NCBI RefSeq assembly: GCF_016433145.1
Contig: NC_058132.1
Coordinates: 681,189,786 to 681,253,785, forward strand
Source of the DNA: Gracilinanus agilis
Lineage: Eukaryota
DNA length: 64,000 bases
Direction: 5' to 3'
The translations under genes and the position numbers were made by a program. The notes beneath the pieces were generated by a model. That model made no database searches, was not told the DNA's origin, and saw nothing but the letters and a program-made list of their open reading frames with translations. Each line of letters opens with the position of its first letter. Position 1 is the stretch's first letter. Shown here one piece after another: positions 22,856 through 35,800 of this stretch.

Positions 22856-24744
22856 CTGACCATGTGATAGGTGTCCACCTACTCTGTGGAATGGAAATGG
22901 CATCCTGTTCAAGAGGTGCTAACATTTCTACATTTCTAACAGCAATTTCCTTAGGGATTTTCTCAAAACCCTGTGAAGTAGTGCAGTATTATTTTTTTTA
23001 ATAAGTGAGGAAACAAAGGTTCAAGATGACTCACCCCAAGTCCCCCAAATAGTAAAGCACAAAGATGGGGCTTAAACCCATATCTCTTGGTTCAAATCCA
23101 AAATTCTTTTTACTATAAAACTTTGTTATGTTTTCATAGAAAAGACAAACTGCCAATGACAGAGATTAGAGAAATAAATCTGTGGACTAAATTTATTTGA
23201 AAAATAATATCTCAGGCCAGGTTCCTGATTATACAGACAGGTCAGTGTTACTATTGGATCCTTCTCCATTGTCTAGCATTATCTGAAAGAAATGGTATAT
23301 CATCTTCTTAATACCCCCCAAATCTCTAAAGATCTGTGATTAGATGAATAATCTAGAGTTTTCTCAAGACCGACTTCAGTAGAGAGATGCTATCAGCAGA
23401 GCTAAATTTTATTGAGATCTCCTCTCCTTTGTTGAATTGTAGGACTCCGGTGTGGGGAAAATCAGTAAGTACTATAATTACCTTCAATTTTAATGTCTGG
23501 GTGTCTTTTCTCCTCCTGACTACTGCCAAGGTTCTCTCCCTTAGTCTCAGCCATCAGTTAAAGTGGCAGTCATGAAGACTCTTTCTCCTCCCTCTGGCAG
23601 TTTTTTATGAGTTCTCATGTGATATCTCAGGGTATTTCAGGTCTTCATAAAAATTTGGGTGCTCTTATCTATCACATTCTGCCCATTTCAGGAAGACTGT
23701 GTTATTCCCTGAAACTAACATATATCTAAACCTCCTGGAAGAATTGAGGACTTATTAAGTCTAATTTTTTCCCCTAAACTCTTCTTAGCTTGAGAATTGT
23801 TTTGACTCCTTAATCTATAGGTATTTAAAATGTTTTTTTAATTAGTCTTCTAATTTCTGCCAACATTTTATCCTTTTATTTTTCCATCTTATATTACCTT
23901 TCTTGCATGCCACAACTAGATGTGTGAGTATATAAAACACATCTGATATGTCTGACTGCTATCTGGTCTAAACTGAGAAATGTTGTCTTTACCACTGGCC
24001 TGCCTCCAGTACCTTTGAGTAATTATCATTGTCTTCAGAAACATTTAAAGACTTCAAAAGATCCATGATTTCATCCAAGAAGGTTTCCACCAATTCTTAT
24101 CAGAACCTACCCACATCTTAACAATCCTGTTCGTAAGATGTGCCTCTTTCCTTACCCCTGCCATTCTATTTAAAAAAAAAGAAAGAAAAGGAAAAAATAT
24201 CATTTAGGTAGACAGGTCCTTGTGCCAAAGATAGACAGGTTTATCCTTGAAACCTTTCCCACTTAGGAGGACATTCCAAAGCTCATATTTCTCAAGATCC
24301 CAAGGTCATCTCCACAAACCAAGGATCAGAGTAGGATTGAAGTAGAGCTTAAAATACAAATGTATTACCTGGGACTGTAATTCATTCTCAATAGATTAGG
24401 AAATAGCAGATAAAGATCTGGAGGAACAGGAACATGTGATTTGTATGTTTTGAGGGGCAGCGATGGGAAAACAAGAAAATTTTCAGTGTATTCTAGGAAA
24501 GGGTCACTGAAAGGGTCTCAAAGTGAGGTACTTTGGACAGCTAAGGAGGGGAGAAGATACCAGGGAGGACTGGGAAAGGACAGAGGAGAAGGATGCTGGC
24601 AGAAAAGAGCAAATTTTGCTTTTGTGTGGTTTTTGCTTGTTATATATTCCTACAGACTCTCAAATTTTAAACCTATTACTAGGTATAGGGAATATTTTTT
24701 CAAAATTATTATATGTAGTTTTATTTATGTTAGTATTTTCCATA

Positions 24745-24970
24745 CCAGGCAACTAGATGATATAATGGTTAGAATGCCTAGTCTGAAGTCAGAAAGACCC
24801 AAGTTCAAATCTGGTTTCAAATACTTACTAGCTGTGTTACCCTGGGCAAATCACTGAATTCTGTTTAGCTCAATTTCCTCATCTATAATGGGCTGGAGAA
24901 ATGACAAACCAAGAAAATCCCAAATAGGATCATGAAGAATTGGACATGACAAAAAAATGACTAACAATTT
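24745..24970 (+). mobile_element. MAR1-type SINE
   Basis: tRNA-like head, CORE and RTE tail. Confidence 0.8.
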
Positions 24971-25027
24971 TTTCATCCTATCATTTGAGGAAAAATGGAG
25001 ACATGAGGGTAAAAAGAAAATATCATG

Positions 25028-25215
25028 GGAACAGCTAAGTGGCTCAGTTGATTGAGAGCCAGGCCTAGAAATGGGAGGTCCTGATTTCAAATATGGCCTT
25101 CGATACTTCCTAACTGTGTGACACTGGGTAAGTCACTTGACCCTGATTGCCTAGCCTTTACTGTTCTTCTGCCTAAGTATTGGTTCCAAGGTGGTAGATA
25201 AGGATTTTTTAAAAG
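25028..25215 (+). mobile_element. Opossum SINE1
   Basis: cagctaagtggctcagttgattgagagccaggcctaga. Confidence 0.85.
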
Positions 25216-25454
25216 CAGCTTTTGGTAGATTTTAGATTGTCTGAATATTCAACCTAAAAAGTACTTGTTACATGATGATCAGGGAAATATATATTATATG
25301 ATAATATATCTACAACCTATATCATATTACATCATCTAGAGGAGAGTTGGGCAGTAGGGAGAGAATATGAATTGCAAAATGTCAGAAAACAAATATTAAA
25401 AATTATATTGATATAATCTGGAAAACACAAAAATAAAAAAAATTAAAATAAAAA

Positions 25455-26420
25455 AGTAGTTGTTAATGGCTCAAACTTGACTTGAAAGTCTCTGAGGATT
25501 TGTCCTGATTGTGTTTGATTTTTTATTAATTTCTTGTATGAAGGTATAGTTGGCACACTTTTCAAATTTGAGATGACACAAAACTTAGAGGAATAGTTGA
25601 TATATTAGATAGCAGAATTTAAAGTCGTGAGGTGTTGTCTAATTAGAAGGTAGGTCAAATCTAAGAAGGCAAAATGTCATAAGGATAATATTTCATTCTT
25701 TCATTTAAATAAAGCCAACTTTCCAAGAGTACAAGATGGGGGCTAACTCCATATGAGTAGAAAGTGTGATATGATAGCCAAGAAATCTTAGATTACATTG
25801 ATCACCTGCAGGGTGTCCAAAAGAGGGCAATCAGTATGGTGAAGGCCTTTTACATTCACAGTGTATGAGGACCAATTGAAGGGAATAGGGATATTTAATC
25901 TAAAGATGAGAAGCCTTCAGGGAACATGATAGCTGTACTCAAACATTTGAAGGGTTGTCATTTTGAACAGTAATTTCATTTTCCCTGGCTCCAAGGGCAC
26001 AATTAGGAGTGATAAAATTGGTTTCACATAAGGAAAGATTTCCTAATGATTCCAAGCTGTCCATAGTAAAGTAAATTGTAGTTCCCAAACTAAAGAATAC
26101 AATGACCACCCATAATTCTTAAGGACTCACAATAAAACATGGTGCCCACCTCCTGACAAAGAAATAATAGACTTAGAGCACAGATTTGGACTTAAAAAAA
26201 AATCACGGTCAATGAGAAATTATGTTTTACTTGTATATCTGCTTATAACAGGGCTTTTGTTTTTCTTGCTTTCTCAATTGGTTGTAAAAGAAGAAGATAC
26301 AGAAAGAAAGCTGATCTTTGAGAATAAAATGAAATTTATTTAGAAAGTTGTAGTTTCCAAGGCTAAAAGCAAATTTCATGAGGTATAAGTTAGACTAGAA
26401 GAACCCTGACATAACTGTAA
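25455..26420 (+). mobile_element. L3/CR1 LINE 3' region, interrupted by an L1 3'UTR
   Basis: gggaacatgatagctgt...atttgaagggttgtcat; CR1 ORF2-end motifs. Confidence 0.65.
26089..26347 (+). mobile_element. L1 3'UTR inserted into L3 with a near-perfect TSD
   Basis: ttgtagttcccaa (26076-26088) / ttgtagtttccaa (26348-26360), 12/13. Confidence 0.65.
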
Positions 26421-27092
26421 GATATATGACCTTTTGATTTTTAAAAATGTTGACTAAATTAGTGCAGATTATTATGTAACCTTGTTCTGGCCTTTCTAGA
26501 AATACTATCTTTTTTTAAAAATGAGACTAGGACCTGAGAATGAGAATGAAATGAGAAAAAAGGACCACAGATCAGTAGGCTAGAATTCAAGATTACTGCT
26601 TTGCACTTTTCTTATTATTCTTACTTTTCTGTATAACCTGTCCTTGAACAATTACCTTGAACACTACATATCTCATTCTCCCTAGTTGCAAAATAGGATT
26701 CACATCTTATATTATTCATATCCTAGTCACAGACATATGTCTACTTCCCAAGGCAAAGTTGTCACCTTGAACAGAAAAGAAACTGAATCCCATCCTTTTT
26801 GGTATCTAGATAAGACTTTTAACTTTCTAATTCATCCATTGTGCCACCTGAAAAGATAGAAAGTGGGATTTACATGTAGACCTTCACTGATCTCAGGATC
26901 AGAATAGACTAGCCCAATTATATTTCATTTTCCAAAGATAGTATGAATCCTGAGTTAATTAAAAATAGTCTACATGTGTTTGAATGGTTTCATGGTGTTC
27001 ATACTCCAAATCATTGGATCTAATGATTCCAAAAGAAAATGATTGTGAAAACACCATCATCCACACAAAGTCTTTTTAAAAAACCTTCAGTT

Positions 27093-27716
27093 TCCCAGGT
27101 TGTACCCCCCAAATAGATAATAAGGAAAAATGCTTATACAAAAAATTTATAGCCATGCTCTTTGTGGTGACAAAAAAATTGGAAATCGAGGGAGTATCCT
27201 TTGATTGGGGAATGGCTGAACAAATTGTGGTATCTGATGGTGATGGAATGCTATTGTGCTGTAAGGATTGATGAACTGGAGGAATTCCATATGAACTGGA
27301 AAGACCTCCAGGAACTGATGCAAAGCAAAAGGAGCAGAACCAGGAGAACATTGTACACAGAGACTGATACATTATGGCACAATCCAACGTAATAGACTTT
27401 TCTACTAGCAGCAGCAATGCAATGACCCAGGACAATCCAGAGGAACTTAGGAGAAAGATGCTATCTGCATCCAGAGAAAGAACTGTGGGAATAGAAATAC
27501 AGAAGAAAACATAGGATCAATCACATGGTTGGATGGGGAAATGATTGGAGTTTTAATGTTAAAAATTCACTCAATTGCAAATATGAATAACATGGAAATA
27601 GGTTTTGAACAATAATACGTGTATAACCCAGTGGAATTGCTTCAGCTCTGGGAGGTGGGAGAAAAGAGGGGTGAGAAAAATTGTGAATCATATAACCATG
27701 GGAAAATATTTTAAAT
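27093..27716 (+). mobile_element. 5'-truncated opossum L1 (ORF2 end and 3'UTR)
   Basis: ORF 27201-27392 is the L1 ORF2 C-terminus (IGEWLNKLWY...ELMQS...SRTRRTLYT). Confidence 0.9.
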
Positions 27717-28109
27717 TTTTTTAAATCCTCAGTGTCAAAGGCTAGCCAGTTGTTGGTAAGTGATTTGCCCAGCCCCCCCCCAACTCCAGGCTAGTGCTCT
27801 ATCCATTGTGCTACATACAAAATCTTTAAGAAGGTGTTCCATACATGAACTGAGAACATCTTTGATGAAGACATCTGTAGAGAAAAAGCATATTTTTACA
27901 TATGATATTCAACAATGAACTACATCTTTACTATTTCAAAGTCAACTGAAAATGTATAGCTTATAACAATTTATATATATATTATCTATAACAAAATATA
28001 ATCATTTGCTTATTTTAATTGATTATAAAAAAAGCATTTTACTTGCCATCTTACAGGTTCTCTTACAACAAGATTGCACCCATTGACATATTAAGATCAT
28101 TCAAGACTT

Positions 28110-28670
28110 CTTGGAAGTCATCAGGCAATAAACATTTATTAAATACTAACTATGATCCAGTCACTATGCTAAGTGCTAAGCATATAAAAGCAAAAGACAG
28201 TCTCTTCTCGCAGGAACTCACAGTCCAATTGCAGAGATAAAATACAAAAAATATTTCAAACAAAGTTCAAACAAGATGTATTTCAGATGTATTAAAGAAA
28301 CTCAACAGAAGGAAGGCTTTAGCAGTAAGGGGAATGAAGAAAGGCTTCTTGTAGGTGGAATTTTAACTGGGGCATGAAGAAAGTCAGAGAAATGAAGAAT
28401 TTGAGGTGAGGAGGGAGAAAATTCAAGGCAAGGGGGAAAGTCAGGAAAGTGCCTGCAGTTGGGAGATCAGAAGTCTCATATGAGGAAGAACAAGTAGGCA
28501 TTGTCAGCAGTCTACAGGGTATGTGACAATAAGTTGTAAGAACCTGTTCAGAAGTGACCTGGATGAAGATCCAGTAAAGATACTGAAAAAAAGAATCAGA
28601 AGACATTAGTGTCATTAAAACTAAAGAGAAGAGATTATCAAGAAGAGAGTGATCACATTCCACTGGCATC
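28110..28670 (-). mobile_element. L2 3' region
   Basis: caataaacatttattaaatact...ctcgcaggaactcacagtc. Confidence 0.75.
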
Positions 28671-28885
28671 TAGATGGACCTGGTTTCAGAATGATCTGTG
28701 TTTAAACCCAGCCTCAAACATTTTCTAGGTGTGTATTCTTGGGAAAGTCACCCAATTTCCTTATCTGTAAAGTGATCTGGAGAAGGAAATGGCAAACCAC
28801 CCCAGTATCTTTGCAAGGAAAACCCCAGATGAGGTCATGAAGAGGCAGGCATGCCTGAAATGACTAAACAGTAACAACAACTTGT
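28670..28885 (+). mobile_element. MAR1-type SINE
   Basis: ggagaaggaaatggcaaaccaccccagtatctttgcaagg. Confidence 0.85.
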
Positions 28886-28889
28886 CTTT

Positions 28890-29790
28890 TGTAAATGTAG
28901 GCTAAGTTCATGTTAGCCTTCTTGGTTGCAATATCATCACACTGATGATTCATATTAAGCTTATAGTTCACTACAACTCCAGATCTTTTTCAAAGTGCTG
29001 TCTAGCCATGCCTCTATTAATACCTCTATCCACTTTGCCACATAGCTGTCCACATGAGACAAAGTGCCCAGAAATAAGGAAGTGATAGTTCTGTTGCTCT
29101 TGTCATACCACATCTGAAACATAGTCAGTTCTGAGTAGCATATTTTAGGGACAGTTAAGTGGTACAGTGGCTTAGAGTGACAGGTCTGAAGTCAGGGAGA
29201 CATCTTCAAGAGTTCAAATCTGGCCTCAAACACTTATTAGCTACATGACCTTGGGCAAGTCACTTAACCCTGTTTGCTTCAATTCCTCATGAGTTGGAGA
29301 AGGAAATGGTAAGCCACTCCAGTATTTTTGTTGAGAAAGTCCCAAATGGGGTCAAGAAGAATCAGACATGATTGCTCAACAAAACAACAACAAAACCCCC
29401 ATATTTTCAGAAGAACTTTTTTTAGATTCAGTAGAAGGAACTGGGGGTCTTTGGGGAAAAAAAGTTTGGAAAAGGCCTAGTTGGGGTTACATAATAGATG
29501 ATTCCAATCATCTGAAGAGTTGCCATGTGGAAAAATGATTAGACTTGGTTCCTTTGACCCCATAGAGTTATAATGGGCAGAATCTGAAAAGAGGCAGATT
29601 TAGGATTGATATTAGGAAAAACTTCCTGTTAATTAAAGCTATAGCAAAGTGGAATGGGATACTTTAGAAGATGGCGGGATCTCTTTTTCTGGAGGTCTTC
29701 AAACAAAGGCTGGAGGAGCACTCCCTGTTCAGAGAGAGGTGGCACTAGACAGCCTCTGAGGTCCCTTCCAACTTTCTGAAATTCTATGGC
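28890..29790. mobile_element. L3/CR1 fragments with a MAR1 SINE (~29150-29395) inserted
   Basis: CR1 3' end gaggtcccttccaactttctgaaattctatg; ggcagatttaggattgat. Confidence 0.7.
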
Positions 29791-30899
29791 TTCTACAACA
29801 TGTATTATCCTGCATCTGAAAAGCCACATATGGTTTGTTTGAAATATGAAAAACTCTACCAAAGGACCTCAACCATGAAAAACCTATTCTCTTCTGCCTT
29901 TCTCTCATTAATTTTATCCTCTTCATGAAGATAGAAAGGAGCACAACTTAGGCATCCTTCCCACCCCCCTTTTGCACTCAGCATGGAACCTCCAGCTCCA
30001 GATTGCCTTGCTTGTTTGTGGACCTGTGCCAAAAGCAGTTTTGAAGGTGTTTTAAAAATGGAGATGTCTGGCAGCTGGCAGGAATCCTCATAATTCATTT
30101 GCCAAAGACAAGTTGCATGTTTCAGGAAGCCTCAATCAGAGGTCATGTCCTAGGCAAAAAGCTATCACAGCAAGTTGGACAGTGAAGAACCCCTGACTCT
30201 ATGAGACAGAGGGGGCTAAATCAAGAACAAGGTTTCTCTTGTCTCTCCACCCCTATTTGGAAGGCTTATAAAAAATTCAACCCAAAGAAACTGACAGCAA
30301 ATCCAAAGGAAACTGTGACATGTCAGTGGAAGCCCCAGCAATTAGGCTGCGTAAAGGGGGTTAGGAGAGAGCCATGAATAACAGAATGTGACATAGGATT
30401 GGGAAAGCACAGTTCTGTTGGCTGAGTGGGTACACAGCTTTTCAGTTGGTTTTTCACCAAGAAATAGCCTCAGGGATTCTGTATTTACAGATCACTGCTG
30501 TCAGAATGAGTAACAGGGCATCATTGTCTATTTTCTTTTCTTCTTGACATGGCAGGACTGAGCTGTTTATAATGACATTGGATGATATTAACACTTTGGG
30601 TTAGTTCTTAGGACTTTAGCTATAATAGCTTTCCGTAAATAGTGGTGTGTTTTGCTAACTCTGATTTACCCATGTCCTTAATGAGACTTTCTTTGATTTC
30701 CTGAAACAAAGAGCTCAACATGTAAATGTACATGAGACAGAAAGGGAAAATTTGCTACAATTCTATTGAGGTTACAATGGCATGCTTATTTTAAGCATAA
30801 AGATACTGTGCTTGTTGTGATGTCATCACAGAAAAAAAGTTGGATATATCTTACCTCCTAGCCCTGCAGTAGATAAATAGAAGGTATAATATTTGTAGA

Positions 30900-31700
30900 A
30901 ACAATATGATTCAGAGGACAGTATGCTCGATCTAATCACAAAATCAGAGTTCAAATCCCAGCTTTCCCAATTGTTTCTTACCTTTTCTTAGGCAAATCAT
31001 TTGTTTCTGCCTCTTGGTTCCCTCTTCAGCAAAATGAGGGAATAGGAGTAGACGATCTCTGAAGTTCCTTCCAGCTCTCTCTATGATTTAGATGTGATGA
31101 CTGTTTTTAAGTGTTTGGAAGACTGTCACATGGAAGGGGGATTACGTTTCCTTTGCTTGATCCCAGAAAGCAGAACTTGGAGTAGCAATCAGAATTGCAG
31201 AAGAGACAAATTTATATTTGTTTGATTTAAGGAAAACCTCAATAATCAGAGCTGTCCAGCAGTGGAATAGATTGCCTTTGGATATTATGGGTTCACATAA
31301 TGACAGAATTGGCGAGCTAGAAAGGGCATCAGAGGCCATGTAATCTAACCCATACACTCCTAGAATCCCTACTATGATATATTCAACAAATGGTCTTTTG
31401 GCTTTGCTTGAAAGACCTCCAGAGAAGGGAAACTACCTCCTGAGGAAACCTATTTTACTGTTGCATAGTATTAGGTATTAGGAGTTTTTGCTTGACATCA
31501 AGTCTAAATTTTCATCTTTATTACTTCCATTCATTATGTCTCTATGGAGTCAAATAGAATAAGGACCCCACCTCACTGGAGGTATTCCAAGCAAAGGCCC
31601 AAATGGGTTTGTTGGAAAAGAGTTTCTTATTCAAATATGAGTTGAACTAAAGGGATCTTTGAGATCCCTTTCAACTCTGAGATTCTAGGATTATTTATAA
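30900..31700. mobile_element. Cluster of MIR3 and L3/CR1 3' ends in both orientations
   Basis: Repeated gaagttccttccagctct / gatccctttcaactctgagattct / agagctagaaaggg motifs. Confidence 0.65.
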
Positions 31701-32334
31701 GCCCTTCATTTATGTGAAATCTGAAAACCAAGGGCATTTAAAATTATTATCAATATTCTAATTATTATCAATATATCAATAATCAAAATTCTAAAAAATA
31801 TTATCAATATTCTAATGCATTTAATACATTAAACTTTGTCTCAACTAGAGAGGAAATATATTTGTTATTAGAATTAGAACTAATTCTTAGAATACTCAGT
31901 AAGTCCATGACAAATTCTATTAACCTCCACCTTGCCCTCCTTTGATGTCTTTGAGTTAGTGACTGGGGTCTGAATTCTTCTGCTTGTCATTTGTTCAATT
32001 ATGTTTGGAATTAATAGGATAATAGAAGTAATGGGGGGGGAACGTTCTTTGATTTTAAGAGTATATTAGAATTTTATTAGAATTATTATTAGATTACATA
32101 AATTATATAATATGTAATATAATAATTATATAATTATATAAATTAGAACTTTAGAATTTGAACTGAAAAGGAGCTTAGACATCATGAAATCCATTACTCC
32201 CAACTTATAGATGAGGAAACTAGAAGTTAAGATGACTTGCTCAAGAAGTTAAAATGACTTGCTCAAGGTCACATAGATAATGAATTCATATCCTCTAATA
32301 ACAAATTTCAATTATGGCATTTTTTTCCAAAAAG

Positions 32335-32504
32335 TAAAATTTCTTTATTTAGAGTTTTGGGATTCCAGATTGTTTCACAACATTTATTTGACAAATATGA
32401 CTCCCCCAACTTGAGTCTTAATTACTTTATTTATTTTTTATTATCATGTAAAACACACTTCCTTATTGGTCATTGTTGTAAGAGCACACTCATACAAAAT
32501 CAAA
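32335..32504 (-). mobile_element. L1 3' end cut off at a single-N junction
   Basis: aaacacacttccttattggtcattgttgtaagagcacactcatac, then N at 32505. Confidence 0.6.
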
Positions 32505-32684
32505 NTTGCTCTGACTGGGCGATGCTGCTCCAGCGGCCCCTTGACTTCCCACGTGGAAGGGCCAAGGCACAGTCATTAGGAAACAGAGGCAGGCTTTGGG
32601 GTGTGCTGTGGCACAGGAGACTCCCTGATCCCGAAAGGCTCCTACCAAAGTGAGCCATTATCTTTTGTGCATTGTGATAGAGAG

Positions 32685-32833
32685 CTAGATGGATGGAGGA
32701 GACAGACAGACAGACAGAGATGGATGGATGGATGGATGGATGAGTGGTGGGTGGACGCATGGAGAGATAGATAATAGATAGATAAAAGATAGATGATCCA
32801 TGAGGAGATGGATGGACGGACGGATGGATGGAC

Positions 32834-32888
<55 letters not shown>

Positions 32889-32972
32889 AAGGCAGACACA
32901 ATGATATCTATCACATGGAGTCAGAGGGAGAAAAGAGAGACAGACAGACAGAGATGGATAGATGGATGGATG

Positions 32973-33018
<46 letters not shown>
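32685..33018. repeat. Compound (GACA)n/(GATG)n/(GATA)n microsatellite in two blocks
   Basis: Perfect (GATA)13 at 32835-32886 and (GATA)11 at 32973-33016. Confidence 0.97.
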
Positions 33019-33089
33019 CAAATTATCCTACTTCTGGGTTGAGAGATACCTTATGACTAAGAAATGTAATCATGTCCTAATATTTCTCA

Positions 33090-33340
33090 CGACAACAATG
33101 ATGATAAGCTGGCATTTGCATGGCATGTTAATGTTTGCCAAGAGATTTTCACACATTAGCTCATTCAAGTCTTATGACAACCGCTTGAGTTGTTACAAGT
33201 ATAGTCATCTCCATTTTACTTATATTTTTTGAGAAAGCTATAGCTCAGACTTGTCTAGTGGTCCCACAGCTAGAGGGAGTAGGAATCAGGATTCAAACTC
33301 AGATCTTCCTAATGTCAAGTCTAAAACTGTATCCATTGGG
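33090..33340 (-). mobile_element. MIR-type SINE
   Basis: cacattagctcattcaagtc...ggattcaaactcagatcttcc. Confidence 0.65.
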
Positions 33341-34729
33341 TCGCAGTGCTGTGCAGTTTGGCTGCTTTCATTTTCACCATGTAGTAAACATAAGAGTACA
33401 TTAGGACATATTTTCCTTTCTGGGTGATGCCTGTGATTCTTTCCCAGGTTCTCTGGGTCAAGAGCCCAGTGAGGGAAGTGTATTCATATGCCCAGGCTTC
33501 TTAATTAAAGCTGTGCTCTGCATTACAACAACTGGGAAAACTCAAATGGAACTTTAATGAAGATCCCCAACACATTTCCTCCCTTCCTTCCTGGTTTTCA
33601 TCCCCTCCAGGGGGTAGAGTGTTTGCTAACATCACATGCTTTATAAATTTTCCCAATCGCTAACATTGCAATTGAGGGAATTTTCAACTAATGTGCTGTA
33701 TCTTTAATCTCATCCCTAAATGGATTTCTGCAGCTATTACACATGTGTTTTTCTTTTTCTTTAAGAAAAACAAGTGGAAATCCCAATGGAAAATGATCTC
33801 TGATAAATAAGGAGAGCTCCATCAGGTGGTTTCCCCAACCATTTGAAATCACAGTTGCCATAAATGATCTCTCATATTTCCACAGGGCAATTCTGTTAGC
33901 AGGATTGCTCCCAGGGGGGTTATTTTACAATTCTACATGTTTCATTCATGGGAAAGACTAGCAAGATTGACCTTATGCCACTGAAGCAGAAGATTCCAGG
34001 GATAAACTAGGAATGCTTAGAAAGTCTAGGAAGAATATTGGTGATCTGGAATGGCTAATCACCATGGCTTTGAATCCTGTTTTGTTTTTCTATTCAAGTG
34101 CCTGTCAAAAACGCCATTTATGTTTTATTTGCTATTTAAAAAGATCTTGCTACCAACCTCTGACACGAGAAGCCATATTCAAGGTGTAGTATTTGATTAC
34201 AAGTATTGTACCTTCTAAACAAGCCTGCGGATTGATGATGAAGTCATACTGGTATTTTCTAGAGATGTGAATGATTTGGGGTCATTTTTACTTAATGCTG
34301 AATCCCATTGTCAAGGGCCAACGAGTAGAGTACAATTTATTCATAGAAAAGAGCCTTTGGTAGGAAGAAGCACTGGGAAAAAGGAGAATGTATATGATTG
34401 GCAATATGTTCCAAAACCTTCTGAGAGCAAGTTGCTTTTTTTAAGACTAGATTTCCTTTTCCCTTTTTCAAAATTATATTTGCGATAAAAATAGCTTAAA
34501 TTTTCATTATCAGTGGCTGATGGTCTGAGGTAAGCTAAATAATTTACATATTTATCATTTGTGCTTCACAGTAACTCCATGGGGAAAGTGCTTTTGTTAT
34601 TATCCCCATTTTACAGATAATTAAAATTGAAACTAATTTACCTAAGGTCACACAACTAGTGTCTGAGGTAGGATTTCAACTTAGGTCTTACAGAGACCAA
34701 ATTTTCTTCTCTATCCACCATAGTAGAGA

Positions 34730-34930
34730 CTTCAAACATGTAATCCACAGCCCACAACACTCCCAAGTGTAGTCTGAACCAGATTGAAATATGATTGGGA
34801 AATATTTAGTAAAATAAGTAAACATAAAATAAAACCTAGATAATATTCATGCTTTTCACTAAGTCAATATGCAGCTATTGGGATCTTTATATATAGTTTA
34901 CTGGCTCCTGTTTCTATTTTAATTTACCAC
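34730..34930. mobile_element. Probable ancient hAT-type MITE (family unassigned)
   Basis: cccacaacactcccaagtgtagtctgaaccagattgaaat...ctaagtcaatatgcag; termini decayed. Confidence 0.4.
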
Positions 34931-35047
34931 CATGTCTTAACCCCTTACCATGTTGCCTATTACAATTGAATCCTTTTTTATTCAGGTTAAATATATAAAT
35001 AAAGGTGCACCTATTGATGCTGGTACCTTACAATCATAGATTCAGAG

Positions 35048-35241
35048 CAGTGGTTCCCAAACTTTTTTGGCCTACTGCCCCCTTTCCAGAAAAAATATTT
35101 CTTAGCACCCCTGGAAATTAGTTTTTTTAAAATTTTAATAGCAATTAATAGGAAAGATAAATGCACCTGTGGCTATCACTGCCCCACCTGGATCACTGCA
35201 GCACCTACAGGGAGCAGTGGCATCCATTTTGGGAATCACTG
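35048..35241. mobile_element. hAT-Charlie MITE, 194 bp (OposCharlie-like)
   Basis: TIRs cagtggttcccaaa / tttgggaatcactg (13/14); 8-bp TSD attcagag / atttagag (7/8); no CpG left. Confidence 0.9.
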
Positions 35242-35279
35242 ATTTAGAGCTAGAAAGAACTCAGGTCAGTTAGATCATC

Positions 35280-35540
35280 CAGGTAACCAGATAGCTCAGC
35301 TAATAGAGTGTAGAACTTGGCATCAGAAAGTCCTGAGTTCAAATCCTGCCTCGTATACTTACTAGCAATGAGGTCCTGGGTGAGTCACTTAACCTATGTC
35401 TATTCTACTTTCTTTATCTGTAAAATGGGGATAAGAATAGCACCCACCTCCCAGGATTCTTAAGGGTTGTTGTGAAAGTGAAATGAGATAATATTTATAA
35501 AGCACTTTGCAAACCATAAAGTACTACATAAATACTATTA
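35280..35540 (+). mobile_element. Full-length MIR
   Basis: Head, CORE and tail aagcactttgcaaacc. Confidence 0.85.
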
Positions 35541-35584
35541 ATTGTTATTATTTAATTCAACCTAACAGGTTTTAAAAGGAATGT

Positions 35585-35800
35585 GTTGTTGTTTAGTCAT
35601 TTTTCAATCATGTCTGACTCTTTGTGATACATCTGGAGTTTCCATGGCAAGGATAATGGAAAAGTTTCCTACTTCTTTTTAAATTTCACAGATGAAGACA
35701 CTTAGGCAAATAAGATTAAATGACTTGCCCATGGCCATGCAGCTCGTAAGTATCTAAGGCTGGATTTGAACTCTGGAAGTATCTAAAGAAGGATTTGAAC
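35585..35800 (-). mobile_element. MAR1-type SINE
   Basis: gttgttgtttagtcattttcaatcatgtctgactctttgtga. Confidence 0.8.

Noticed and set aside
27201-27392. ORFs with real protein homology (also 61780-62028)
   Set aside because: They are L1 ORF2 C-terminal remnants in truncated elements, not genes.
31741-31815. Short direct repeats (also the 22-nt tandem at 32223-32266) as a CRISPR-like array
   Set aside because: Two or three degenerate AT-rich units without unique regular spacers; local tandem duplications in a mammalian genome.
32500-32914. ORFs with LSIY repeats
   Set aside because: Translation of the (GATA)n/(GATG)n microsatellite.
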